This document shows positions 9,066 to 18,514 of a DNA stretch of 58,380 nucleotides, in pieces. Source of the DNA: Candidatus Falkowbacteria bacterium RIFOXYD12_FULL_34_57. Its GTDB lineage: Bacteria > Patescibacteriota > Patescibacteriia > Patescibacteriales > UBA12075. Within the stretch, counting starts at the first letter, position 1, and each line of letters starts with the position of its first letter. The stretch is taken from contig MFGN01000003.1 in NCBI GenBank assembly GCA_001780285.1, positions 1-58,380 on the forward strand. The letters are read 5' to 3'. Both the position numbers and the translations under genes were made by a program. Under the pieces are notes generated by a model, which did no database searches, was not told where the DNA came from, and saw only the letters and a program-made list of their open reading frames with translations.

Positions 9066-10319
9066 ATGAAATATAAAATTTATACACTAGGGTGCAAGGT
9101 AAATCAATATGATTCTTGTATGTTATCCCGTAAATTATCTTTGAATGGATTCAGAGAAGCATCTAAGGATACTGATATTATTATTGTGAATACTTGCGCG
9201 GTTACTAAAATTGCCATAGAAAAATGTAAAAAAATATTTGCAATCGCCCGTAAAGAAAACCCGAAAGCAAAGTCGGTGATTATGGGCTGTTGTTCCAAAA
9301 TTTATAAAGAAAATCTGACAGATTTAAATTATGATATGCTTTGGGGGGTGGGGGAGTTTGATGAATTGTTGGAAAAAATAAAGAAATTAACGGATTTTGA
9401 ACAAAAAAAATCAAATTCTTTGTCTAAAAAAGAAGATTCTCAAATACCACAACTCAAATCGCGATACTTTATTAAGATACAAGATGGTTGCGAGCAACTT
9501 TGCTCTTATTGTATAGTGCCTTATACCAGGGGAAAATTGAAAAGCAGGAGTGCGCTGGAGGTAGTAGAGGAAGTTGAAAAAAGTGTTAAAAATGGATATA
9601 GAGAAATAGTTTTGAGCGGTATTCATTTAGGTCTTTATGGTGCGGAAATTTCCAGTATGCGATTATCCGAATTAATAAAAATGCTTTTAAGGGTCATTGC
9701 GGACAGCAGAATTCGTTTAAGTTCTATAGAGATTAGCGAAGTAAATGATGATATTATTAATTTATTGGCCCACGATAGGCGCGAAGGAGAATCTTATTTG
9801 TGTCGGCATTTGCATCTTCCCCTGCAGTCCGGATCAAATAAAATTCTAAAACTTATGAATAGGCCGTACACCAAAGAAGATTTTATAAAAAAAATAAAGA
9901 AAATCAGAAAAACAATAGGCGATATTGCCCTGACTACTGATGTGATTGTTGGTTTTCCAGGAGAGACTGATGATGATTTTAAAGAAACATATCGACTTTT
10001 AAAAACTTTAAAATTTAGTAAAATTCATGTTTTTCCATTTTCAGCACACAAACTTACTCCGGCATCAAAAATGAAAAATCAAATAGGGGGGGATATAAAG
10101 AAAAAAAGGGCAAAAATCTTGCGGGACTTGAGTGTTAAACAAGAAAAAGAATTTAAAAATAATTTCCGCGGTCAAATTTTGGATTTAGTAGTGGAGAACA
10201 ATGGGGAAGATAAATTTTTGGGGAAAAGTGAATATTATTTTAATGTTTTATTTTCAAAAAATCAAATATACGGGGATGGAAAGGTAAGAGAGAAAGAGAT
10301 AATAAAGGTAAAAATTTAA
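9066..10319 (+). CDS. mtaB: tRNA methylthiotransferase, MtaB-like radical SAM
   Basis: TLGCKVNQYD, NTCAVT, CEQLCSYC, HLPLQSGS, DVIVGFPGET, HVFPFS. Confidence 0.85.
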   Translation: MKYKIYTLGCKVNQYDSCMLSRKLSLNGFREASKDTDIIIVNTCAVTKIAIEKCKKIFAIARKENPKAKSVIMGCCSKIYKENLTDLNYDMLWGVGEFDELLEKIKKLTDFEQKKSNSLSKKEDSQIPQLKSRYFIKIQDGCEQLCSYCIVPYTRGKLKSRSALEVVEEVEKSVKNGYREIVLSGIHLGLYGAEISSMRLSELIKMLLRVIADSRIRLSSIEISEVNDDIINLLAHDRREGESYLCRHLHLPLQSGSNKILKLMNRPYTKEDFIKKIKKIRKTIGDIALTTDVIVGFPGETDDDFKETYRLLKTLKFSKIHVFPFSAHKLTPASKMKNQIGGDIKKKRAKILRDLSVKQEKEFKNNFRGQILDLVVENNGEDKFLGKSEYYFNVLFSKNQIYGDGKVREKEIIKVKI

Positions 10320-10330
10320 TTTTAAAAAAG

Positions 10331-10356
10331 AAGCCGTCTTTTATAAGACGGCTTTT
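10331..10356. terminator. bidirectional terminator
   Basis: AAGCCGTCTT-ttat-AAGACGGCTT between convergent genes. Confidence 0.8.
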
Positions 10357-10361
10357 GTATT

Positions 10362-12572
10362 TTAAGCATTAAATAATTCATTATCCAGGGCATAAAGCGA
10401 TACACTTATTGCCCCTTCCTCTGTGTACCCGTATTTTTCTTGCAAATTTTTTATAAGCAATTTTACGCTATATTTTATTTTTTGATCGTAAGTCTCAAAC
10501 TTAGTGTCATTAAAATTGGCGATGGCATTTCTAAAATTTTCACTATCCTTTAGTGATGTAATAGATGTATCTTTTAGTTTGGAGATATAATTATTTTTTA
10601 GCGACAGAAAAAGATCCGCCTCCCCAATGCTTTTTTCTTCAATATTTATTTCTTGAAGTGTTTTTTGAACATATTTTTTTTGAATCGCTCTCCTGATTTT
10701 TTCATCTTTTTTTTCGAATAACTTTTTTTCAATAATATCAAAAAAATCTTCAGATGCTTTTATTTTTTCTCGAGTCCATGGACACACTTCTTCTGTGTCT
10801 ATTTCCATGTTGATGGCATAAAGATAATTCATAATATCTTTGTTTATCTGTTCCTCATTAAATTCATAAAGAGCCATTTTTATTTCTTCTGTGGTGGTGT
10901 AGTTATACATACTGAGCAGAGAGATGAAAAATTCTTTTTTTGGTATGGCTCTTAATGCTCTTTCTTTTTCTTCTTTGTCTTTTATGCTGTTTGCCAGTTC
11001 TGTTTTTTTTCTTTGAAGCTCAGCAAAAAAGAAATCAATATCTTCCATGGTTATTAATTTTTTAGATCCCCGGTGCTTGTTCATCAATTCTTTAAAGAGT
11101 TTTATTGAATCTCTCCCAGAAAGACCGAAATGACCGTCTTTTTCAGCTTCTTTCATAATCATTCGTCTTGTATCGGCTGTTAATTTTTTTCTATCTTCTT
11201 CCGATAACCAGGATGGTATTTTTCCACGATAAAGATCCATTTTAATTAAGAGCCCGTTTCCGTCTGTATATTTTTTATACTTTCCAATATCCCCCAGCCA
11301 TGTTTTTATCGCCTTGGAATCTTGATCCAATCTGGTAGAGACAATCATTTTGACAAAGTTTTTTAAAACCCTTGGCAGGAAATGCCTTCCAATATCGTGG
11401 CCAAATGCTTTTTCCAATATCTTTATTTCTACCGGAACTTCAGTAACATAAGTAACATCCAAATATTCTACCCTATCAGCAAAAGATTTTAAATCGCTGA
11501 TAGATTCCCAATCTTCCAAATTCATGATTACCAAAAGAAGAGAATTTACAGATTCTTCCTTGTGTCCAACTTTAAGTAGCGCCTCGCTTACAATATTGTG
11601 CAGTTTTCGCATTCGCTGCACATTATTATCCTTAATATCTGTTAAGACATATATCCCGTTATTGGTTTTGGCAAATGGAGAATAGGTGTATTGAACCTTG
11701 TTGCTGTCTTCAAAGAAATCAGTAATGATTTTCTGCAGCGGTTCATTGTCTAGTGTAAATTGTTTTATGGGCTCATCACCGGGTCCAAAAACAGTAATTC
11801 CGTTTCCAACCCTTCTATTAAATTTATTTTCTCGAACATTTATTCTTTTAAAAACTTCTTCAACGGAACCGAATTTTTTGGATAATTCATGAAAAAATGA
11901 TTCGCAAATTGCACATGGTTTGTATGAGAATATCCATTCGTACTCTTTGTTGTTAGCAATCTCGTGTTTGTCCTCGTTGTTTTCAAGAAGTCCGTCAAGA
12001 AATTCAGCTCGATGCTCTATCGGAATAATCATTATCGGGTGGTCGTGCGACGGGCAATGAATTTCTGAATAATCTTTTCCGTTATCATCCCCGGCACAAA
12101 CATCTTTTTCTTTTTTGGGAATACGCCAAACTATTTCATATGTTTTTCCCTCCGGTGAATTGGTATATTCGGTAATAAATTTTAACAGGTCGTCCATAAA
12201 TGTGCTTTTACCGCACCCCGGGGGACCTCTAAAAATATAAATTTTATTCTGAGTTGCTCCGATTTTCATCCCTTCTATCTTCTGTATAAATCTGTTAGCA
12301 AATAAGGTGTCGGGCATGAAAGTGTCAAAGATTTTAGAACAATCAATTTGATTAAAATTAATTGATTCCGGATCGTTATCCACCTCCTTCTTAACAGCGG
12401 ATACTATTCCGTCAGAAACAATCTGTTTTATGCATCTTAAGTATTTTTTAGGATTTTCTCTTACAAATTCAAAATATTTCTCCAGGGTAAGTATTTCATC
12501 TATTTTCGAGGAGGAATCTTTTGCAACTCGTGACAATACTTCATTTACGCTTTTCATGTCAATATTAGTCAT
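10362..12572 (-). CDS. PrkA/YeaG-family AAA+ protein, second divergent copy
   Basis: GPPGCGKS Walker A, CPSHDHP, GLSGR, terminal YGYTEEGA; AGGAGG SD. Confidence 0.8.
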   Translation of the reverse strand: MTNIDMKSVNEVLSRVAKDSSSKIDEILTLEKYFEFVRENPKKYLRCIKQIVSDGIVSAVKKEVDNDPESINFNQIDCSKIFDTFMPDTLFANRFIQKIEGMKIGATQNKIYIFRGPPGCGKSTFMDDLLKFITEYTNSPEGKTYEIVWRIPKKEKDVCAGDDNGKDYSEIHCPSHDHPIMIIPIEHRAEFLDGLLENNEDKHEIANNKEYEWIFSYKPCAICESFFHELSKKFGSVEEVFKRINVRENKFNRRVGNGITVFGPGDEPIKQFTLDNEPLQKIITDFFEDSNKVQYTYSPFAKTNNGIYVLTDIKDNNVQRMRKLHNIVSEALLKVGHKEESVNSLLLVIMNLEDWESISDLKSFADRVEYLDVTYVTEVPVEIKILEKAFGHDIGRHFLPRVLKNFVKMIVSTRLDQDSKAIKTWLGDIGKYKKYTDGNGLLIKMDLYRGKIPSWLSEEDRKKLTADTRRMIMKEAEKDGHFGLSGRDSIKLFKELMNKHRGSKKLITMEDIDFFFAELQRKKTELANSIKDKEEKERALRAIPKKEFFISLLSMYNYTTTEEIKMALYEFNEEQINKDIMNYLYAINMEIDTEEVCPWTREKIKASEDFFDIIEKKLFEKKDEKIRRAIQKKYVQKTLQEINIEEKSIGEADLFLSLKNNYISKLKDTSITSLKDSENFRNAIANFNDTKFETYDQKIKYSVKLLIKNLQEKYGYTEEGAISVSLYALDNELFNA

Positions 12573-12581
12573 TTTTGCCTC

Positions 12582-14216
12582 CTAATTTTTCACTCTTCTG
12601 GCAAGCTTGCCGTTTTTCATAAGATATAATACTCGTATCGGTTTATATTTTATGGGGGAAGTGGGATCATATTGGTTTTTAGTTACAGAGTTCTGGTCAA
12701 CCTCAAATTCGGTTGTCTCCAACGCTACCGGCTGTCCCCATAAAAATTCTGTTCCCCTTAACACCCCATCAATATAGGGGGTGTGCAAAGGTTTTCCTTC
12801 AAACATATGCTCAATATACAGGGTACCATCCTTTTTTTGCCCCACTTCTATGTGGGGCGGATGATAAAGACCGTCAATTACCATTTTGCGATAATCTTCT
12901 CCCTTTTTACTTTTTATATAATAAATCCAGCTTCTTCTCTCTTCGTTGAACACTTTATCTGTTATCCAAAGCTTATTTTGTCGGACAAAATCCTGAAAAT
13001 TTTCTTTGGAAAGAAAGTTTAAAAGCATGAAGTCATTAAAATTTTCTCTGATATGAAAAATAAAACTGCGTCCCATTCCTGTTTTTTTGTCATATTTCAT
13101 TCTCTCTTTAGTATCAAGAGTGCGATCAAATTCTTTTGAAAGCTTACCCTTATTAGCCAGGTCCTCAATAAAACAAATTAATTTATATCCTAGCGCATAA
13201 GGATTAAGCCCAACTTTTGGCATGGTCATTACGCCCGAATTTACCCTGCTATAAATTACCTCGTTGGTAGAAAGCATGGGATCTTTTTCAAATAATTCTT
13301 GGTGCCAATAACTTGCCCAGCCCTCATTTATGATTTTGGTTCTGATTTGCGGCTGAAAATAGAGCGATGTTCTGCGCACTATTTCCATTACTTCTTTCAT
13401 CCATCCGTTTTCTTCTTTTTTTAAGAAATCAGAATGATTCATGATAAAAGAAATAATATCCAAATCTTCATTGCCCTTGTATTCTTTTTTATATTTCTTA
13501 TAAAACTCTTCAAACTCAGGAAACTCACTTTTAATATCGTGAAAAAATTCTTTGTTTCCCCGTTTTTCTCCAAAAGTTTTAATCTTTTCATTATATTTAT
13601 TGGTGAATTCTATCCATTTTTGAGAATTTGAATTTTCTCGTAAAAATTGTCCAAAAAAGAAATCTAGTTTGGATTGTGCCTGCGGTTCATTTTCCTTGTT
13701 CATTTCTTTGTAATATCCAACCAAATTATCCAAAGCACGAATAAATTCAATGACATAATCTACATATCTTTTTTTCTCGCCTAATTGGCGCCTAATTCTG
13801 TCAATAACAATTTTATCAGAATTGGCAATAGCCATGAAATCATCATCCCATGTATGCTTGAAAAAGACATTGTTTTGAAAAAAATCAATGTGTCCAAGTA
13901 CGTGGTAGAATATCATGACATTCAACCAATCTGGATTATTGTCATTGTAAAAGGATACTGCCGGACGAGTATTAATTACGGTTTCATACGGATTAGAGGG
14001 GTAATGTTTATACATCTCTTGTTCCTGATTTACCCTTATCCCATGAACCCAATAATCATACATAGTCGGAATCATTATTTTTGGCGACAATCTTAAAATA
14101 TTCTGATTTGTAACTATATACTCCAGAGTTTCATTGTCAAATTTCAAACCAGAGCTCCGTGCCTTTATTTTGCAACCTTCCATTAGGACTTTTGCTTCTT
14201 GATTAATTAATTCCAT
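12582..14216 (-). CDS. spoVR: SpoVR/YcgB family protein
   Basis: PYETVIN, HVLGHIDFF.NN.FF, YFQPQIRTKIINEGWASYWH, NPYALG. Confidence 0.9.
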   Translation of the reverse strand: MELINQEAKVLMEGCKIKARSSGLKFDNETLEYIVTNQNILRLSPKIMIPTMYDYWVHGIRVNQEQEMYKHYPSNPYETVINTRPAVSFYNDNNPDWLNVMIFYHVLGHIDFFQNNVFFKHTWDDDFMAIANSDKIVIDRIRRQLGEKKRYVDYVIEFIRALDNLVGYYKEMNKENEPQAQSKLDFFFGQFLRENSNSQKWIEFTNKYNEKIKTFGEKRGNKEFFHDIKSEFPEFEEFYKKYKKEYKGNEDLDIISFIMNHSDFLKKEENGWMKEVMEIVRRTSLYFQPQIRTKIINEGWASYWHQELFEKDPMLSTNEVIYSRVNSGVMTMPKVGLNPYALGYKLICFIEDLANKGKLSKEFDRTLDTKERMKYDKKTGMGRSFIFHIRENFNDFMLLNFLSKENFQDFVRQNKLWITDKVFNEERRSWIYYIKSKKGEDYRKMVIDGLYHPPHIEVGQKKDGTLYIEHMFEGKPLHTPYIDGVLRGTEFLWGQPVALETTEFEVDQNSVTKNQYDPTSPIKYKPIRVLYLMKNGKLARRVKN

Positions 14217-14219
14217 TTA

Positions 14220-15524
14220 TTATGCTCCTTTTATTGAAGTAAGTTTTTTTATACCCTCAATTAGCCGTGTATCTCCAAAGTCAGGATGGTTGATTACATC
14301 AAGTTTTAAGAGGTCGCTATGAGTTTCCAGTATTTTTGAGGCTTTCAAGTAAACTTCTACTTCGCTTGGTTTATTTGTTCCGTAATTTGGCCTCACAATA
14401 GTGATTCCTAACCGATTAACCGTTTCTGTCATTTTTTTAATTTCGGCAATGGTTTCTTGTCCATCTTTATCCCAATCATCGCCATCAGTGCCGTGAAAGA
14501 CATAAATATTATAGTCTCGCGCCAACTCTTCTTCCGCAATTATTTTGTTTACAAGTTTATAAGCTGAACATACCTTAGTTCCGCCGGCAACACGCGACCT
14601 ATAGTAGGTGTCAAAATTAGGCACTTCTTTGGCTTCGGTGTCGTGAAGAATAAAACGGCTTTTTACCCGTTCTTTATATTCAAACATCAGCCAAGAATAA
14701 AGCAAAAGATGTTGAGTAACTACCGCTTTAGTAAGTTCTCCACTCATTGATCCTGAATAGTCCCGCAAAAGAAAAACAATCGCCTGAGATTCAAACTCCC
14801 TCTCCGCTGACAAAACTCGATACACTAGATCATTTGGTGCGATAATAAAATTTTCTGGATCAACATTATTCTTGTCTATCTTGCCAAGTGCGTTGTTGGT
14901 TTTTACAATTTCTCTCATGGTCGCTTTTTTGTCTAAAAATTGTCCAGACCTTCTGTTTTTATCGGTCAAATCGTACACATACTTAGTGGTGGGCATTTTT
15001 TTAGCTTTTTCTGTTAGGTTGGGCAATTGAAATTCTTCGGATAATTTTTTTCCCAGATCATAAGCTTGGGTTTCAATACCATGATCGCCGCCTTCGCCGT
15101 CGCCAGCTTCACCCTCGCCCTCACCCTCTCCTTCTTCGTCTATGGATTTTTCTCCAATAACATCTCCTTCTTCTCCTTCTCCCTGCCCGGCTTCTCCATC
15201 TTCTGTTGGGTTAAATTCTCCGTGAACCAATTTTTCTTCTTGTACCACTGGAATCAAAATAACTTTTCCGCTGCGAGTGGGCAGTTTGCCAACTTTAATT
15301 TTTTTAAGAAAACCATCCTTAACTCTTTGCTCATCGCGTTCAAGAAGTTCTTCCATGGTTTCCACAGAGCTTGCAGAGTTTGAGCCAGAAGGAATAAGAT
15401 TTGACAAGAGTTTAAGATCGTTGGGTTTGTAGATTTGCTGATATATGCTATTTTTTTCTCCCGACAATCTCTTAGCCTCTGCGAGGCCCAGAATATCAGA
15501 ATTGGTCATGCAACTATTATTCAT
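14220..15524 (-). CDS. YeaH/YhbH (DUF444) vWA-domain protein
   Basis: Acidic Gly-rich linker GEGEGEAGDGEGGDH, DYSGSM MIDAS, GGT, YVFHGTDGD. Confidence 0.88.
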   Translation of the reverse strand: MNNSCMTNSDILGLAEAKRLSGEKNSIYQQIYKPNDLKLLSNLIPSGSNSASSVETMEELLERDEQRVKDGFLKKIKVGKLPTRSGKVILIPVVQEEKLVHGEFNPTEDGEAGQGEGEEGDVIGEKSIDEEGEGEGEGEAGDGEGGDHGIETQAYDLGKKLSEEFQLPNLTEKAKKMPTTKYVYDLTDKNRRSGQFLDKKATMREIVKTNNALGKIDKNNVDPENFIIAPNDLVYRVLSAEREFESQAIVFLLRDYSGSMSGELTKAVVTQHLLLYSWLMFEYKERVKSRFILHDTEAKEVPNFDTYYRSRVAGGTKVCSAYKLVNKIIAEEELARDYNIYVFHGTDGDDWDKDGQETIAEIKKMTETVNRLGITIVRPNYGTNKPSEVEVYLKASKILETHSDLLKLDVINHPDFGDTRLIEGIKKLTSIKGA

Positions 15525-15560
15525 TTTTCACCTCTTGAAATTTGTGGGTTTACAGTCTAG

Positions 15561-15594
15561 AGAAAAGGGCCGGATATTAAATCTCCGGCCCCTC
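15561..15594 (-). terminator. intra-operon hairpin after prkA
   Basis: GGGCCGGA...TCCGGCCC stem followed by TTTTCT on the minus strand. Confidence 0.6.
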
Positions 15595-15609
15595 TGAGCT
15601 TGTGCTTCT

Positions 15610-17658
15610 TTATTCTTCATATGTGCAAAAAAATTCAATAGTTTTCACTGCACATGTCGGACAGTACCCAAGCTTGTCTATCATGCTTTTCATGATTTTT
15701 GTGTAAAGCTTTTCGTTTTCTTCATTTGTTCTATTGGCCAAGGCCCCGATTAAACTGCCGGCGCCGGCAATATCAGATTTAAGTCTGACATCTGTAACAG
15801 CTTTTATCAGTTCTAAATTATCCATAAAATCATAATTTCTATCGGTGGATAGTTTTTGTCCATAAATTTTTCGAACAGAGTTTCTAAATGTATCGCTTTG
15901 TTCGCGGGTTTTGAGGCCCAGCCTTGCTTCAACGCTCTGTATGAACTTTTCGTCAATTTTCAGGGGTTTGAGATCTCCTGTTTGAGGATCTTTATATTTC
16001 CACATTTTGTCCGGACCAAGATTTTCAGCATCAATACCGATAATCATGTTAACATAACGAAAAACATCTTTTTTAATCGCTTCCGGGTCGTCCATATAGG
16101 CATTGAACATGGTTTCCATAATCTTGTCTCTGTAAAGCTTTTTTGCATCATCAATATCTTTTTTATATTTCTCTCTTAGACCACTTTCATGGACATAGGT
16201 GAGAACCACTTTTTGTAAAGTATTAAAAATATCCAAGGCAAACATGCATTTGCCCTCACAGGTTTCATTTCTTTCCAGTAAAAGCTGAATAGCCCTTCCT
16301 AGATTCCTTTGTCCCAAACCCCTTTGTCCGAAATGTTTCGTGATATCCGGATTTTGTGCCAACTCATCAATAACCTCAATTAATGTTTTGGAGCTTTTTT
16401 CGCCGGCAATATCACCAGCTGCAAGCTTCATTGTTTCAATTGGGGTTAATTTATTGTTGTGCGGCAGCCTGGTCAGGATTACTCCGACAGAAGCGGCATA
16501 GTTCATATTTGGATCTTCATGCAGGGCATCCCCATTTACGGTGGTTTTCTTTTCTGTGCCCAGAGCATAACTGGTGAGCTTTTCTTGGAGTTTGTAGTCG
16601 GTATTATGTGATACATAACAAATTCGGCATCGATCAATAATCGGCGCCTCTGATCTTTCGGCTACAAAATTACTGAATTCATCGTTGTTTGATGTACCAA
16701 TAATCAACACATCAAGGGGCCATTTAAACCCATCGATTTCAATTGTTCTGTTTTGGATAACACCTAGATACACCTGAACCAAATCCTTTTTGTTTTTAAA
16801 GGTTTCATCTGAAAAATGAATCCCACCTCCGGCAACGCGAGCCAATGCCCCGCGCCGAAGATCAAATCTATAAGGATTGTCAGTATCTGAAATATGCAGA
16901 AGTCTTGGAATAGATTCTTCACCCAAAAGGTCAATGGAGGAAGATGTGATTTTATCTTTTGCCGGATATTTTCCTGTTACCGTACCAAGACTCTCGGTTA
17001 GGGGTACTGGAACGATTTTTATGAATTCCAGCATCTTAGCAAGATCACCTTCTGTATATTCCCTGATTTGATCCCATATATATCCTGAACAAGCTCCCAG
17101 GGGGCGATAATTTTTATAGAGTTTGCGAATATCTTCATCTTTAAATTTCATCCAATTTTGGAGTGCTTCCTGGCTCGCGCCTTTTGATTCCATAAGATTC
17201 ATAGCCAAAATCATGGGGTCTTCATAGGTCTGAGATTCAATTTTTTTAATTTTTCCGAATCCGCCCAGTTTTTCCAAATCCTTAAACTGGAAAGTATATT
17301 TTTTATTTTCCGGCAGAGAAAGAAATTCTCTGTAACGATTACAAAGATACTCCACAAAAAAAGTTTTTCCATTACCCGGTTCGCCAACCAGAATAAAAGC
17401 CATTTCTTTGGATGATCCACCTTCAGACGCATCTTTTACAAAAGATACAAATGAATTAATTTCCTCATAAAGTCCAACGAGGTGTTTACCTGGTGCGCGG
17501 AAAAATTTAAAATTGTTGATTTTTTTTCCAGCCCAAGTAATTGTTTCAACTCCGTCACTTAAAATCATTCTAGATACACCCTGAAAGGCATTTTCAAAAA
17601 CCTTTTTTCCACTCTTTACATCTTTCACATGCTGTTCTAGCGTAACAAGTTTACTCAT
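15610..17658 (-). CDS. prkA: PrkA/YeaG-family AAA+ protein
   Basis: GEPGNGKT, IHFSDE, IIGTSN, IIDRC, terminal LGYCPTCA; AAGGAG SD. Confidence 0.88.
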   Translation of the reverse strand: MSKLVTLEQHVKDVKSGKKVFENAFQGVSRMILSDGVETITWAGKKINNFKFFRAPGKHLVGLYEEINSFVSFVKDASEGGSSKEMAFILVGEPGNGKTFFVEYLCNRYREFLSLPENKKYTFQFKDLEKLGGFGKIKKIESQTYEDPMILAMNLMESKGASQEALQNWMKFKDEDIRKLYKNYRPLGACSGYIWDQIREYTEGDLAKMLEFIKIVPVPLTESLGTVTGKYPAKDKITSSSIDLLGEESIPRLLHISDTDNPYRFDLRRGALARVAGGGIHFSDETFKNKKDLVQVYLGVIQNRTIEIDGFKWPLDVLIIGTSNNDEFSNFVAERSEAPIIDRCRICYVSHNTDYKLQEKLTSYALGTEKKTTVNGDALHEDPNMNYAASVGVILTRLPHNNKLTPIETMKLAAGDIAGEKSSKTLIEVIDELAQNPDITKHFGQRGLGQRNLGRAIQLLLERNETCEGKCMFALDIFNTLQKVVLTYVHESGLREKYKKDIDDAKKLYRDKIMETMFNAYMDDPEAIKKDVFRYVNMIIGIDAENLGPDKMWKYKDPQTGDLKPLKIDEKFIQSVEARLGLKTREQSDTFRNSVRKIYGQKLSTDRNYDFMDNLELIKAVTDVRLKSDIAGAGSLIGALANRTNEENEKLYTKIMKSMIDKLGYCPTCAVKTIEFFCTYEE

Positions 17659-17874
17659 TTTTTTTCTCCTTTTCTACATTTGACGCTTTGGTTTATGGGT
17701 TTTTATGGTTGTTAATTTTAATTGTCAATGTACAAAAAATCCAGCGCGAAAGCTGGGGTCATTTTACTTTTTATAAATTTTTTTAGATATGCCAAGACAT
17801 CCCTCCTTGTTATCTAATAGCTTTGTAAGTCTTACAAACATAATCTTTATATTTATAATAATAAAAGTATGTAT

Positions 17875-17903
17875 ATCTTAGGTTGTTTTGACTTTTTTGT
17901 CAA
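17875..17903 (-). promoter_or_regulatory. sigma70 promoter of prkA operon
   Basis: TTGACA-17 bp-TAAGAT on the minus strand. Confidence 0.6.
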
Positions 17904-18042
17904 CATATGTTTTGTCAAATTTCATATAAAAAAATTATCTAAAATTAGTGATTATAAAATATAAAAAAAAATTATAAAAAAAACAAAAAAAATCTTCTTT
18001 GTAAAAAATATTTTACTTATTTTTTTATAGAAAAGTCAACTA

Positions 18043-18071
18043 TTGACAATTTTTTATTTTTATACTATAAT
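18043..18071 (+). promoter_or_regulatory. consensus sigma70 promoter
   Basis: TTGACA-17 bp-TATAAT, 20 nt before ATG 18092. Confidence 0.75.
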
Positions 18072-18091
18072 GAGATAACTATATAAAAAAT

Positions 18092-18343
18092 ATGATAAAA
18101 AAAGTAGGAAAAATATTATTAATAATATTAGGTTTCGTCTTCATTGTATTCGGGGCAATCAGTTTGTTGCTTCCCTTTTCTCCTGGATTTTTGTTTTTAT
18201 TTTTAGGAATTACATTAGCCGCCAAGGGTTCTGGCAGAATAAGAAATTCAAAATCTACAAGCCTGCTGTTTGGTTTTGTAAACTCAAAAATAAATATTTT
18301 AAAAGAAAAAATAAATTGGAATAAGCTCGATAGATTACTTTAA
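18092..18343 (+). CDS. small membrane protein (DUF454/PGPGW-like)
   Basis: LGFVFIVFGAISLLLPFSPGFLFLFLG hairpin; own promoter and terminator. Confidence 0.7.
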   Translation: MIKKVGKILLIILGFVFIVFGAISLLLPFSPGFLFLFLGITLAAKGSGRIRNSKSTSLLFGFVNSKINILKEKINWNKLDRLL

Positions 18344-18364
18344 GATAAAAAAATATTATAATTT

Positions 18365-18399
18365 AAAACACTCAAAACATTTTAAGTTTTGGGTGTTTT
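18365..18399 (+). terminator. putative terminator
   Basis: aaaacactcaaaac...gttttgggtgtttt hairpin. Confidence 0.55.
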
Positions 18400-18514
18400 A
18401 ATTTTAAGGATATAATTTCTAAAAAATTTTATCATAAAAATTATTAATTATTACCAGTTTGTCTAAAAACTATTTTTTATGTTATAATAATAACAGACTT
18501 AAGTCCGCAATATC

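Noticed and set aside
15090-15200. GC-rich tcgccc/tcaccc quasi-repeat
   Set aside because: Encodes the normal Gly/Glu linker of YeaH-family proteins.
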